Shown here: piece by piece, positions 1 through 10,893 of the stretch | How the letters are laid out: each line of letters begins with the position of its first letter | Position numbering within the stretch: the stretch's first letter is position 1 | NCBI GenBank assembly: GCA_963555775.3 | Contig: CAUVWY020000009.1 | Location: 940,598 to 980,597, forward strand | Source: Terriglobia bacterium | GTDB lineage: Bacteria > Acidobacteriota > Terriglobia > 20CM-2-55-15 | Length of the DNA stretch: 40,000 bases | Reading direction: 5' to 3' | Translations under genes and position numbers: made by a program | The notes under the pieces: model-generated | What the model was told of the DNA's origin: nothing | Database searches by the model: none | The model's input: only the letters and a program-made list of their open reading frames with translations

Positions 1-2
1 CC

Positions 3-677
3 GTCTCACAAATCTGCGACGCCACCGATGGCTCGGGCGCCTGGGTTCACGTCGACGGGGCGTTTGGGCTCTGGGCGGCGGCAGCGCCGGCAAGAAGACA
101 TCTTGTCGAGGGGATGGAAGCCGCGGACTCGTGGGCGACTGACGCGCACAAGTGGCTCAATGTTCCTCAGGATAGCGGAATCGCCATCGTGCGCGAGGCG
201 ACCGCCTTGCGGGCCGCCATGGCGATCAAGGCCGCATACCTGAGTCCAAGCGACCGACGCGACTCAGTGGATTGGACTCCGGAGGCTTCCCGCCGGGCGC
301 GCGGAATAGAGGTCTGGACCGCTTTGCGTACGCTTGGCCGTCAAGGAGTTGCCGCACTGGTCGAGCGGACATGTCAGTACGCCGCCACGACCGCGGACCG
401 CTTGAGGGCCGCGGGTTACGATGTCCTGAACGAGGTGACGATCAATCAGGTGCTGGTTTCCTTTGGGTCGCCCAAAGTGACTCAGCGCGTCATTCAAGCG
501 ATTCAGGCGGATGGAACGTGCTGGTGCGGGGGGACCGTCTGGCAGGGGCGCACAGCCATGCGAATAAGCATCTCATCATGGGCGACAACCGATGAAGACT
601 TGGAGAGAAGTCTGTCCGCGATACTGAGAATCGCGTCTGGCGAGGTCGATGGAGCGTCATCCGGAACGCAATGTTGA
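3..677 (+). CDS. PLP-dependent (group II-like) decarboxylase family protein, C-terminal part; 5' end lies outside the window
   Basis: Frame 3 is open from base 3, upstream of the ATG listed at 114. The translation reads ...GAWVHVDGAFGLWAAA...SWATDAHKWLNVPQDSG, which contains the PLP-lysine motif D-A-H-K-W typical of this fold. Stop codon ends at 677. Confidence 0.8.
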   Translation, partial: VSQICDATDGSGAWVHVDGAFGLWAAAAPARRHLVEGMEAADSWATDAHKWLNVPQDSGIAIVREATALRAAMAIKAAYLSPSDRRDSVDWTPEASRRARGIEVWTALRTLGRQGVAALVERTCQYAATTADRLRAAGYDVLNEVTINQVLVSFGSPKVTQRVIQAIQADGTCWCGGTVWQGRTAMRISISSWATTDEDLERSLSAILRIASGEVDGASSGTQC

Positions 678-747
678 CAGCCGCCGGATCGGGGATCACT
701 ATGTTGCCGGTAACACAGGACGGCGAATGGAATGGGAGGGTGCTTTG

Positions 748-2115
748 ATGTCGACACATCGTTTGAAGTTGGGAATCGTACTGGCTTCTGTGCTGCTGGT
801 CACCCCGGCCGCCATCGCCGCGCAAGGCCGCGGCGGACCCGCGGCCCAGCTTCCAGAGAGTCCGGTGGCCGCTCCGATACCGGAGATCCGTTCGGTGCCT
901 GGAACGCCCTTTCCCGGCGTGATCATGGACCTGCCCGAAGGCGACGATCTGGAGCATTTCGAATACGAAATGGAGGAGTACTTCGTATCCGGGATGGCGC
1001 AGGGCAAGCCGTATACAACGCGCATCCTCGTCCGGAAGCCGTCCGACGACTCCCGCCTGAGCGGCATCGTGGTGGCCGAAGGAATGCATCCCAGTGGCAA
1101 CAGTTGGATGTTCCACTTCACCCACTCCTACGTCATGAGCGCGGGACACGCCGCACTGGAGATCGTGACTTCGGGCCTGCAGCACTTCACCAACTTCGAC
1201 GCCGAGCGTTATGAATCCCTGAGCGTCGAGCCGGACCAGGCCAACGACATCATTGCCCAGGTCGGCGCGCTGATGAAGAGTTCGTCGAGTCCGCTTGACG
1301 GGCTTGGCATGCGCCGCATGGTTCTGATGGGCACGTCGGCGTCGGCGGGCATCCTGCTCCGCTATCTTCCGGCCCACGACGTGTACCGGCAGGCCGATAT
1401 GAGTCCGATCTTCGACGGGTTCCTGCCGACCAGCAACATCGCCCTTGTTCGCAACGTGGATGTGCCGTTGATTCAGATACCGACCATGAGCGAGGCCGAG
1501 AGACTCGACCCCGGAGCGGTCCGGCGGCCGGACGGGGATGCGCCGGGCGACCAGTTCCGGATCTACGAGTTTGCCGGCATGTCCCACAACGACTCCCGCG
1601 TCAATCGCACCTATTTCCCGGACCCGTGCCGGTATCCGGTTAGCCGGTTTCCGCTGGGTGCGTTCATGTCGGTGGGCCTCGATCACCTGATCGGTTGGGT
1701 CGACGAAGGCGTTGTGCCGCCGCGCGCCGCGAAGCTCCTGCTCGATCACGACGACAGCGACGGTTCGCCCTTGGCCCTGGACGTGTTCGGCAATGCAATG
1801 GGCGGCATCCGTAACACCTATGTCGATTTTCCGCTGATGAAATACAGCGTCCGGAACGAGGGCGCCGATCCCCCGATTCCAAACCCGTCCCGGATGATCG
1901 CCGCACGCCCCGCCGGCACCGCCAACCAGCTTTGCGGGCTGGCCGGTTACCAGACCCCGTTGCCGGCCGAACAGTTGCAGTCGCTATATGAAGATGCGTC
2001 CGACTACCGGACCAGGGTCGAAGAACGGCTGGACGAACTGACCGCCGAAGGCTGGTTTCTTCCCGTTTATCGGGATCTGGTCCTGGGCGACGCGGCTGCC
2101 GCCGACGTACCCTAA
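748..2115 (+). CDS. Secreted hypothetical protein (possible alpha/beta-hydrolase-like fold)
   Basis: ATG at 748 is preceded by GGAGGG at 735-740. The N-terminus MSTHRLKLGIVLASVLLVTPAAIAAQG looks like a Sec signal peptide. An internal GTSASAG element resembles a nucleophile elbow. The function is not established. Confidence 0.6.
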   Translation: MSTHRLKLGIVLASVLLVTPAAIAAQGRGGPAAQLPESPVAAPIPEIRSVPGTPFPGVIMDLPEGDDLEHFEYEMEEYFVSGMAQGKPYTTRILVRKPSDDSRLSGIVVAEGMHPSGNSWMFHFTHSYVMSAGHAALEIVTSGLQHFTNFDAERYESLSVEPDQANDIIAQVGALMKSSSSPLDGLGMRRMVLMGTSASAGILLRYLPAHDVYRQADMSPIFDGFLPTSNIALVRNVDVPLIQIPTMSEAERLDPGAVRRPDGDAPGDQFRIYEFAGMSHNDSRVNRTYFPDPCRYPVSRFPLGAFMSVGLDHLIGWVDEGVVPPRAAKLLLDHDDSDGSPLALDVFGNAMGGIRNTYVDFPLMKYSVRNEGADPPIPNPSRMIAARPAGTANQLCGLAGYQTPLPAEQLQSLYEDASDYRTRVEERLDELTAEGWFLPVYRDLVLGDAAAADVP

Positions 2116-2186
2116 TTGGGCGCACCGCGCCCGGCGTTTCGATTTCAGATTGAAGGACCGAACTGTTTCGACCGAGGAGAGATACT

Positions 2187-3533
2187 GTGAAGCACCCACA
2201 CATCGCCGTCGTCCCGATTGCGGCTATCGCGGCAATTCTGCTGCTGCTGCTGCCGGCGGCCGCGACCGCGCGGCAGACCGATGCCGACCGGTACTGGGGG
2301 CAGTGGCGGGGACCTGAAATGAACGGCGTTTCCCGAACCGCCAATCCGCCGCTCACGTGGAGCGAAACCGACAACATCCGATGGAAGGTCGAGATTCCCG
2401 GCCGGGGAACCGGGAGTCCCATTGTCTGGGATGACATGGTATTCCTGCTGACGGCTGTCCCCGTTGGATTCGATGGCGCCGAGTCGCACGAGCCGCGCGG
2501 CGGTCTGAGGCAGCGAGGCGTCCACCGCTTCGTGGTCATGGCGCTCCACCGGTCCGACGGCAGCATCGCCTGGCAAGATACCGTTAGCGAAGAAGAGCCT
2601 CACGAAGCCACGCACGTCGACAACGGAACGTGGGCGTCGAGTTCGGTGGTCACCGATGGCGAGCACGTCTTTGCCTACTTCGAATCGCGCGGACTCTACG
2701 CCTATGACATGGACGGCAACCCGCTTTGGGAATTGGATCTCGGCGACAAGGCCATGCGCAACCAGTTCGGCGAGGGCAGTACGCCGGCCTTGTACCGGGA
2801 CAAGCTGGTTATTGTCTGGGATCACATTGGCGGCCAGTCCTTTGTCGTCGTTCTGGACAAGAACACGGGTGAAGAGATCTGGCGGTCGAACCGGGATGAA
2901 ATCGACACCTGGGCCACCCCGCTCGTGGTGGAAAGCAACGGAGCGCCTCAGGTGATCGTGCCGGGTATGGACCGGCTTCGGAGCTACGATCTGGAAACTG
3001 GCGGCATTGTCTGGGAGAGCGAGGGCCTGACAATGAACCCGATACCTTCGCCGGTCGTGACCCCCGATAACATCATGATCGCGATGAGCGGTTTTCGGGG
3101 GAACGATCTCAAGGCGGTCGATCTGGATGCCGCGTTCGGAGATATCACGGGGACCGATTCCATTCTGTGGGAACTCGACCGCGACACGCCCTACGTTCCA
3201 TCGCCGCTGCTGTATGACGGCTTGATCTATTTCCTGAAATCGAACTCGGGCATCCTTTCGGTCTTCGATGCCGAAACCGGGGAACCGCGTTACCAACTCC
3301 AACGGTTGACGGCGGTCCCCAACGTATTCGCATCGCCCGTGGGCGCCGGCGGCCGAGTCTATATTGCGGGCAGGGAAGGCACCACCCTGGTGATTGCGCA
3401 TGGCGGGGCGTTTGAAGTTCTGGCCCAGAACACGCTGGACGACGGGTTCGACGCGTCGCTGGCATTGGTCGAAAACGAAATCTACCTTCGTGGATACGAG
3501 TATCTCTACGCCATAGGGGAAGACGACCGATGA
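2187..3533 (+). CDS. PQQ-like beta-propeller repeat protein (BamB-like fold), secreted
   Basis: GTG start at 2187 follows GAGGAGA at 2174-2180. Signal-like N-terminus: IAAIAAILLLLLPAAATA. The sequence shows recurring SSP.V.DG..F / G.L.A.D..TGE..W blade motifs, as in PQQ-like propeller proteins. Confidence 0.8.
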   Translation: MKHPHIAVVPIAAIAAILLLLLPAAATARQTDADRYWGQWRGPEMNGVSRTANPPLTWSETDNIRWKVEIPGRGTGSPIVWDDMVFLLTAVPVGFDGAESHEPRGGLRQRGVHRFVVMALHRSDGSIAWQDTVSEEEPHEATHVDNGTWASSSVVTDGEHVFAYFESRGLYAYDMDGNPLWELDLGDKAMRNQFGEGSTPALYRDKLVIVWDHIGGQSFVVVLDKNTGEEIWRSNRDEIDTWATPLVVESNGAPQVIVPGMDRLRSYDLETGGIVWESEGLTMNPIPSPVVTPDNIMIAMSGFRGNDLKAVDLDAAFGDITGTDSILWELDRDTPYVPSPLLYDGLIYFLKSNSGILSVFDAETGEPRYQLQRLTAVPNVFASPVGAGGRVYIAGREGTTLVIAHGGAFEVLAQNTLDDGFDASLALVENEIYLRGYEYLYAIGEDDR

Positions 3534-4078
3534 TACCAAGCGGCATTCGAGCGACAATCGGCAGCACGATAGCGATTGCGGCGGTCAGCACACTGGGGGA
3601 TTTCATCTGGGCCACTTGGATTCCGCGGCACCGTGCGGTCTATGGTCTCACGCATGGCTCGCTGCTCTTTCTGTGTATCGGAATGGCGCTGGGTTATTGG
3701 GTCGGCCGGACCCGATCCGGTGCGATCGCCGGTGCGGTGACCGGCTTCCTGGTTGCCGGCAGCTTCTACGTCTTGGCGCCCGTTGTCGGGTTCGGCGCGA
3801 TGTTCGGCGTCTGGTTCGGGATGTGGATCGCCCTGGCCTTGCTGAACGGTTGGCTCAACGGGCAGATCCATTTCAAGCCCGCGATCGGCCGGGGGTTGAT
3901 CGCGGCGGGGCTGTCCGGGGTGGCGTTCTACATGGTGTCCGGAATCTGGATGCCGTTCGATCCCGCCGGATGGGATTATCTGATCCACTTTGGATACTGG
4001 AATCTGGCATTCCTGCCGGGTTTTGCCGCGCTTCTGCTCGGGACCGGAGACAATCTTGGAGAACTTCGTGAAGGCTGA
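3530..4078 (+). CDS. Small integral membrane protein, function unknown
   Basis: The ATGA start overlaps the stop of the upstream gene. The 182-aa product is dominated by hydrophobic Gly/Ala/Leu/Phe-rich segments, consistent with several transmembrane helices. Confidence 0.6.
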   Translation: MIPSGIRATIGSTIAIAAVSTLGDFIWATWIPRHRAVYGLTHGSLLFLCIGMALGYWVGRTRSGAIAGAVTGFLVAGSFYVLAPVVGFGAMFGVWFGMWIALALLNGWLNGQIHFKPAIGRGLIAAGLSGVAFYMVSGIWMPFDPAGWDYLIHFGYWNLAFLPGFAALLLGTGDNLGELREG

Positions 4079-5546
4079 GTCCAGTGCGGCGCCCGCCTCC
4101 GGAAAGATACTTACCGATTTTGCACACCTGATCGACGGTCGCGCGGTGGGTAGCGATTCGACGTTCGCAGTCATCGATCCCGCGACGGGAAGAGCGTTTG
4201 CGCACTGCCCCGATGCTTCGAAGCAACAACTCGACGATGCCGTCGCCGCCGCCCGGCGTGCATTTGCGGAATGGTCGGCGCGATCGTTTGAAGATCGCCG
4301 CGGGGTACTCGGACAATTTGCCGATGCCATGCGCGACAACGCCGAAGAACTGGCCGCGATCCTTGTGAAAGAACAGGGCAAGACCATCGCGGAATGCCGC
4401 AAGGAACTGTCGTTCGTTCCCCATCAGATCAGGCGGTTGGCCGCGATCGAGGTCGCGAACGAACTCCTGCGCGACGAACCCCCGTTGCGTGTCGAGCTTC
4501 GCTACCGTCCCCTTGGCGTTGTCGGAATCATCACTCCCTGGAACGTCCCCGTCGGTATCGCGATCGGCCGGATCGCCCAGGCGCTCTACACCGGCAATAC
4601 GGTGGTCCAGAAGCCTTCGCCGTATACGCCGCTGGCAACCCTGAAAATGGGAGAGATCGCTCTCGACGTTCTGCCTCCGGGTGTGTTGAACATCGTGGCG
4701 GGCGGGGACGAACTGGGCGGATGGATTACCGGGCATCCTGGAATCGCAAAGATTTCGTTCACCGGGTCCGTTTCAACGGGCAAGAAGGTACTGGCGAGCG
4801 CCTCGTCCAATCTCAAGCGGGTCACGCTGGAACTGGGCGGCAACGATCCGGGCATCGTTCTGGACGATGTCGATCCGAAAGACGTCGCCAGGCCGATCTA
4901 CGATGCCGCGTTCGCCAATTGCGGACAGATCTGTGTCGCAATCAAGCGTCTCTACGTCCACGAGTCCATGTACGAAGCCATGTGCGACGCGCTGGGTGAG
5001 ATCGCGCGGTCGGTCAAGATCGGGGACGGCGCCGATGAGAGCGTCGGCATGGGACCGATCCAGAACAGCATGCAGTACGAACGCGTCAAAGGGATTCTGG
5101 AAGACACGCGCCGGCAGGGCGCCCGTATCGTGGCCGGCGGCGAGACGCCCGGCGGCGGGGGCTACTTCATGACGCCAACCATCGTCGCCGACATCGAAGA
5201 CGGTGCCCGCTTGGTCAACGAGGAGCAGTTCGGGCCCATTCTGCCGGTTCTGAAGTACTCGGATATCGACGACGCGATCCGCCGGGCCAATGACACGCGG
5301 TATGGGTTGAGTGGTTCGGTGTGGACGAACGATATCGAGCGGGGGGCCGAAGTCGCGCGACGCCTCGAAGTGGGTACCGCATGGGTGAACCAGCACCGTA
5401 TCCCCGATGCCACGATCCCGTTCGGCGGGGCCAAGGAATCGGGACTTGGCCGCGAGTATGCCGCGCTCGGTCTGAAAAGCTATATGGAAGCTCAGATCAC
5501 GGCTGTGGGGCTGGCCCCGCCCCCGAAGGCGCCGAATCGTTCATGA
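4068..5546 (+). CDS. NAD(P)-dependent aldehyde dehydrogenase family protein
   Basis: ALDH motifs are present: FTGSVSTGKKV, ELGGNDP and the catalytic-Cys region NCGQICVAIKRLYVH. I prefer the GTG at 4068 (GGAGA at 4058-4062) over the listed ATG at 3990. The ATG would overlap the membrane-protein gene by 89 nt and add a non-conserved-looking leader. Confidence 0.9.
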   Translation: MKAESSAAPASGKILTDFAHLIDGRAVGSDSTFAVIDPATGRAFAHCPDASKQQLDDAVAAARRAFAEWSARSFEDRRGVLGQFADAMRDNAEELAAILVKEQGKTIAECRKELSFVPHQIRRLAAIEVANELLRDEPPLRVELRYRPLGVVGIITPWNVPVGIAIGRIAQALYTGNTVVQKPSPYTPLATLKMGEIALDVLPPGVLNIVAGGDELGGWITGHPGIAKISFTGSVSTGKKVLASASSNLKRVTLELGGNDPGIVLDDVDPKDVARPIYDAAFANCGQICVAIKRLYVHESMYEAMCDALGEIARSVKIGDGADESVGMGPIQNSMQYERVKGILEDTRRQGARIVAGGETPGGGGYFMTPTIVADIEDGARLVNEEQFGPILPVLKYSDIDDAIRRANDTRYGLSGSVWTNDIERGAEVARRLEVGTAWVNQHRIPDATIPFGGAKESGLGREYAALGLKSYMEAQITAVGLAPPPKAPNRS

Positions 5547-5699
5547 GCGAACTGGACCGCTTGAGGATTTGATTCAGGGGCAGTCCTGGTTTCGGGACAC
5601 TCCTGAATCACCGAAAGCGGGTGGGGAAAGAAACTGGAACTTGTCGCCGGCCCGGCCCGAAGAGCATGGCCCGATGCGCGATCGAGTGGCAGGCAACAG

Positions 5700-5727
5700 A
5701 AAGCCCGGGCCGAAACCCGGGCTTTTT
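5700..5727. terminator. Intrinsic terminator hairpin between convergent genes
   Basis: The 10-bp stem AAAGCCCGGG / CCCGGGCTTT has a 6-nt loop and is followed by a T-run on the plus strand. It lies 24 nt beyond the stop of the minus-strand gene (5751) and downstream of the ALDH stop. Confidence 0.6.
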
Positions 5728-5750
5728 CCGACGTTGATCTTCGAAGGAGC

Positions 5751-7157
<1,407 letters not shown>

Positions 7158-7204
7158 CTATCCTCCTTCTGTTGACAACAGCGTCTCGAAGTCAAACGGA
7201 CATT

Positions 7205-7334
7205 CTAGCAGCCTGTCGGACTTTCGGCGTAAGTCCTTTGTTTTCAACAACGGCCCTTTTTAGCCCGAAACGGTAAACACAGTCATATGAATGACTTAGG
7301 TTTTTGATTCGGTGTTAGTCCGACAGGCTGCTAG
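7205..7334. mobile_element. MITE-like element, copy 1 (130 bp including flanking CTAG on both sides)
   Basis: By eye it is identical to 24182-24311. Terminal inverted repeats are CTAGCAGCCTGTCGGACT ... AGTCCGACAGGCTGCTAG. It has no coding capacity. It sits 53 bp upstream of the start of the aminomethyltransferase gene. Confidence 0.8.
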
Positions 7335-7707
7335 ACGAAAACAGGTGGGATGGGAAATCGGGTGCCGGTGTCGGCGGGTCTTCGTTTGGCCCGAAAATCC
7401 GCGACGAAGGTGTGCACTCCTGATTCCTGTGTGGAGCGTTGTGGGTGTTCTTGCCCGAAGGCCGGCGGTGTTGAGGAGGACAACCGGGGAGTCCAGGAAC
7501 GGCTGTTCTGTCAAGGCCTGCTGAGGCCAGGCATGGCCGGCGCTGGCGCTATTCTGGACGAGCAACTGCTAAAGCTTCCGGTGAGCGTTTCAGAGGTATT
7601 GGCCGCGGATCGGAATGACCGGCTTTAAGGTCTTGTGGCGCTTCCGTGCTGGTGTCGCGTCTTTCGTCAAGTCTCTTCTGTGGTAAGGATAGATGGAAGG
7701 AATTCGG

Positions 7708-8506
7708 ATGAGTTCAGAGCTAAACGGAAAGATTGCACTTGTCACTGGCGCCAGCCGAGGGGGTTGGGCGAGGACTTGCGTCGGTGTTGGCCGAAGCAGG
7801 CGCGACGGTCTATGTCACTGGTCGGACGCTCGATAACCACGTGGTCCCGAAACACGGCGGGAGGATTATTGCAGTGCGCTGCGACCATACAATCGATTCG
7901 GAAGTGGAAGCCCTCTTCGAACAGATCGGCCGAGAAAACGCTCGCCTGGACATCTTGGTGAATAACGTTTGGGGTGGGTACGAGAACATGATGGAGGACG
8001 GGCAGTTCACGTGGCCGCTGCCGTTCTGGAAGCAGACGTTCTGGCGGTGGGACGCCATGTTCGCTGCGGGAGTCCGAGCCCACTATGTGGCGAGTGCGTT
8101 GGCTGCCCGAATGATGGTCGAACGAAAGAGGGGTTTGATCGTGAATATTTCGTTTTGGTCAGCGCAGAAGCACGTGGGCAACGTCGCGTATGGTGTCGCA
8201 AAGGCTGCAACCGACAAGCTGTCCACGGACGCGGCACCTGAGCTCCGCGATCACGGTGTCACTGTGGTTTCTCTGTATCCAGGACTTGTCAGGACGGAAA
8301 GTGTGATGCAGTCTGCCGGCTTCCTCGATCTGAGCAATTCTGAATCGCCAGAATATACTGGGCGAGCCGTCGTGGCGCTTGCAACTGACCCGGCCGTTGC
8401 GAGCAGGAGCGGTGACATATTGGTCTCTGCTGTACTCGCCGGAGAATACGGTTTCACGGATATCGATGGGAAACAGCCTTTCCCCTTAGCCCTGGACGAT
8501 ATCTAG
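7708..8506 (+). pseudogene. SDR family oxidoreductase carrying a +1 frameshift in a G5 run (or a sequencing error)
   Basis: ATG 7708 gives MSSELNGKIALVTGASRG, then leaves the SDR frame. The listed ORF 7733-8506 continues with GVGRGLASVLAEAGATVYVTGRT in the next frame. Removing one G from GGGGG (7759-7763) restores the canonical TGASRGVGRG dinucleotide-binding motif. Confidence 0.8.
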
Positions 8507-8696
8507 TCGTTCGGCGCGAACCATGACGCTGGCGCCGCGGGCATCGGGGATCATCAACGTGTAGACCCTTCCGCCACCCTTCGCCATCCTTCCCCAAGCC
8601 GTCTGCCTCGCCAGGACAGCCCCTTTGAAAAAATGAAAACAGGCGAGAAGGAACGATCTATTGTTTCTTCTCCTTCCAGCGCCGCAAGTTTTTTGG

Positions 8697-8779
8697 GGTG
8701 GTTTATGATTTTTAGAATATACAAAGCAATACTATGGAAAAAGATGAAATCTTAAACCGTTCTGGTGGTTTAAGAATAT
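8697..8779 (+). promoter_or_regulatory. Direct repeats upstream of abiEi (candidate operator/promoter region)
   Basis: GGTGGTTTATGA (8697-8708) and GGTGGTTTAAGA (8764-8775) are each followed by AGAATAT. They lie in an AT-rich stretch ending 16 nt before the abiEi ATG. Confidence 0.3.
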
Positions 8780-8794
8780 GTTAATTTCCAAATC

Positions 8795-9634
8795 ATGAGT
8801 GTGGAAAAACGTAAAAAACTAAACCAACTCCAGCGTCTCCTGCCCGAAGGACTGCTGGCGGATACGCGCTGGCTGGAAAGCGAAGGATACTCCAGCGCTC
8901 TCCTAAGCCTTTATGCTGTTGGAGGTTGGCTTGAGCACCCTGCCCGCGGCGTCTACCGGCGGCCGGGCGGCATGCTGCTCTGGCAACATGTCGTGGTCTC
9001 CCTGCAAAGTTTGCTGACCTTGCCGGTTAACGTTGGCGGCCGGACGGCCTTGGAACTGGGCGGGTTATCTCATTACGTTTCTGCCCAGGGGCTCCGCGAG
9101 GCTCATCTCTACAGTCATCGGCGCCTGCCAGGTTGGGTCGGCAAGCTCGATCTCGAAGTCCGCTTCGTCGTTCATACCGGTAAAGGACTGTTTCGGACGG
9201 CGTTGGACAGTGCGCCCGGACAGTGGAACCCGGCTGACCAGAGTTTCAGCAGTGGAGAACTCCCGCGCACCCTGACCCGGACGAGCTGGGGCCAATGGAA
9301 CTGGCCTCTGATCCTGTCCACCCCGGAGCGGGCGATACTGGAATTCCTGCACGAAGTGCCTGAACGCGAGACGTTCGAGCAGGCGGACAAGTTCATGGAA
9401 GGTCTGCGCACTTTGAGCCCGCACCGGGTGCAGACGTTGCTCGAAGACTGCCGCAACATCAAAGTAAAACGGCTCTTCTTCTGGTTTGCGGAGCGCCACG
9501 AACCCGCCTGGCTCAAGAAGATCGACAGGGATCGAATCGACCTCGGAAAAGGAAAGCGCTTGATCGTGCGGGGTGGGAGACTTGATAAGCACTACCTCAT
9601 AACCGTTCCGGAGAGACTCGATGGCAGCGAGTGA
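8795..9634 (+). CDS. abiEi: Type IV toxin-antitoxin AbiEi family antitoxin/transcriptional regulator
   Basis: The N-terminus KLNQLQRLLPEGLLADTRWLESEGYSSALLSLYAVGGWLEHPARGVYRRPG matches the AbiEi N-terminal pattern as I recall it. It overlaps the following AbiEii gene by 14 nt. Confidence 0.8.
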   Translation: MSVEKRKKLNQLQRLLPEGLLADTRWLESEGYSSALLSLYAVGGWLEHPARGVYRRPGGMLLWQHVVVSLQSLLTLPVNVGGRTALELGGLSHYVSAQGLREAHLYSHRRLPGWVGKLDLEVRFVVHTGKGLFRTALDSAPGQWNPADQSFSSGELPRTLTRTSWGQWNWPLILSTPERAILEFLHEVPERETFEQADKFMEGLRTLSPHRVQTLLEDCRNIKVKRLFFWFAERHEPAWLKKIDRDRIDLGKGKRLIVRGGRLDKHYLITVPERLDGSE

Positions 9635-10594
9635 ACAATACCGCCGACAGGTGGCATTACTCGTGCAGGCCCTCCCCTTCGTCGCCGAGGAAAGTTGTTT
9701 CGCCCTGAAAGGTGGAACAGCGATCAACTTTTTCGTCCGTAATCTGCCGCGCCTGTCGGTCGATATCGACCTGACTTATGTGCCGGTGGCAGATCGGAGC
9801 CGCTCGCTATCCGATATCGACGCTGCAATGCGGCGGATCGCGAAGCGCATCGGCGAGGGACTGGAGGGAACACGGGTACATGAGAGTGTCCTGAAAACGG
9901 AACGGATCATCAACAAACTTGTCATCCAGACACCCTCAGCACAGGTGAAGATCGAGGTTACGCCAGTCTTGAGAGGTTGTGTGCAGGAGCCGGAGGTGCG
10001 CAGTGTTACTCCGCGCGTCGAGGAAGAGTTCGGCTATGCCGAAATCCAGACTGTCTCTTTCGCGGATCTCTATGCCGGTAAGATTGTTGCCGCTCTTGAC
10101 CGGCAGCATCCACGCGACCTCTTCGATGTGCGCGATCTCCTGGCGAATGAAGGTATCGCGGACAAACTACGGGATGCTTTCGTCGTCTATCTGCTGAGCC
10201 ATCATCGACCGATGGGGGAAGTGCTGGCGCCGCGGCCCGGAAGGACATCGCACAAGAGTTCGAGCGCGGCTTCAGGGGCATGACAGAAGTTTCCATAACG
10301 CTTGATGAGCTTCTCGACGCGCGAGAGCAACTCGTTGGCGAGATCATCGGCAAGATGCCGACAAACCATAAAGACCTGTTGATCTCGTTCAAGGCTGGTG
10401 AGCCGGACTGGTCGAAACTTGATGTGCCTGGGGCGAGAGACCTGCCTGCTGTCAGGTGGCGAATGCAGAATCTGGCCAAGCTGGATCACGTCCGACGGGA
10501 CGCTCTGATGGCCAATCTGAAGAGGGCGCTGAGTGTAGACCAGGATTATGGCGTAACCGCTCCTTTACGAAACTCCGCCACTGGAGCAGAGTAG
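9621..10594 (+). pseudogene. abiEii: AbiEii/AbiGii nucleotidyltransferase toxin, split by a 1-nt deletion-type frameshift near 10236-10240
   Basis: ORF 9621-10283 carries ALKGGTAINFF...LPRLSVDIDLTYVP. The frame of ORF 10280-10594 is open upstream and reads ...RKDIAQEFERGFRGMTEVSITLDELL. Adding one C to CCC (10236-10238) joins LAPRP to RKDIAQEF as a single AbiEii of about 324 aa. Confidence 0.8.
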
Positions 10595-10893
10595 GAGTCA
10601 CTTCGGTCTTGCGCCACAAACTGAATCTTCACCCCGCAGGCAGAGGCGATTTTGGTCACCGTACCGAGCCGAGGATCTCTGTTTCCCGATAAACCGCGGG
10701 AGAGGCCCACCCGGTCGATGTGCGCTCGGCGTGCGATTTCCGAAACGCCGCCCTGCGCCGCCGCCACGTTACGAAAGGCTTTCATCAACAATTGAGGGTC
10801 ACCATCGTGCTCCTCAATTGCGGCGTTCAAGTATGCGGCAATGTCTTCGGGTGTTTTGAGGTAATCGCCAGCTCTATGTTCTTTGACGGGCAT
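10546..10893 (-). CDS. HigA-family addiction-module antidote protein (HTH)
   Basis: MPVKEHRAGDYLKTPEDIAAYLNAAIEEHDGDPQLLMKAFRNVAAAQGGVSEIARRAHIDRVGLSRGLSGNRDP matches the antidote-protein pattern. AAGGAG lies 6 nt upstream of the ATG at 10893. The 3' end overlaps the abiEii 3' end by 49 nt (convergent). Confidence 0.75.
   Translation of the reverse strand: MPVKEHRAGDYLKTPEDIAAYLNAAIEEHDGDPQLLMKAFRNVAAAQGGVSEIARRAHIDRVGLSRGLSGNRDPRLGTVTKIASACGVKIQFVAQDRSDSYSAPVAEFRKGAVTP

Noticed and set aside
649-747. Listed upstream ATG (649) for the secreted protein, and ATG 3990 for the aldehyde dehydrogenase
   Set aside because: Both extensions overlap the preceding gene and add non-signal, non-conserved-looking leaders. 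Internal starts at 748 and 4068 have Shine-Dalgarno-like sequences and give sensible N-termini.
490-4736. Long minus-strand ORFs (490-1749, 1664-2566, 2145-3557, 3506-4402, 3873-4736) opposite the plus-strand genes
   Set aside because: These are typical high-GC shadow ORFs. Their translations are Arg/Pro/Gly/Ala-rich and low in complexity, have no motifs, and are fully antisense to ORFs with clear family signatures.
7335-7707. ORFs 7312-7524 and 7350-7628 in the spacer between the MITE and the SDR gene
   Set aside because: They have no RBS, no recognisable motifs, and partly run out of MITE sequence. They are probably non-coding or an unrecognisable remnant.
8507-8794. Search for a tRNA or att site at the left edge of the island and next to the integrase remnant (20137-20383)
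   Set aside because: I could not find a T-arm/acceptor-like sequence or a repeat shared between the two junctions by eye. A proper tRNA scan would be needed to exclude one.
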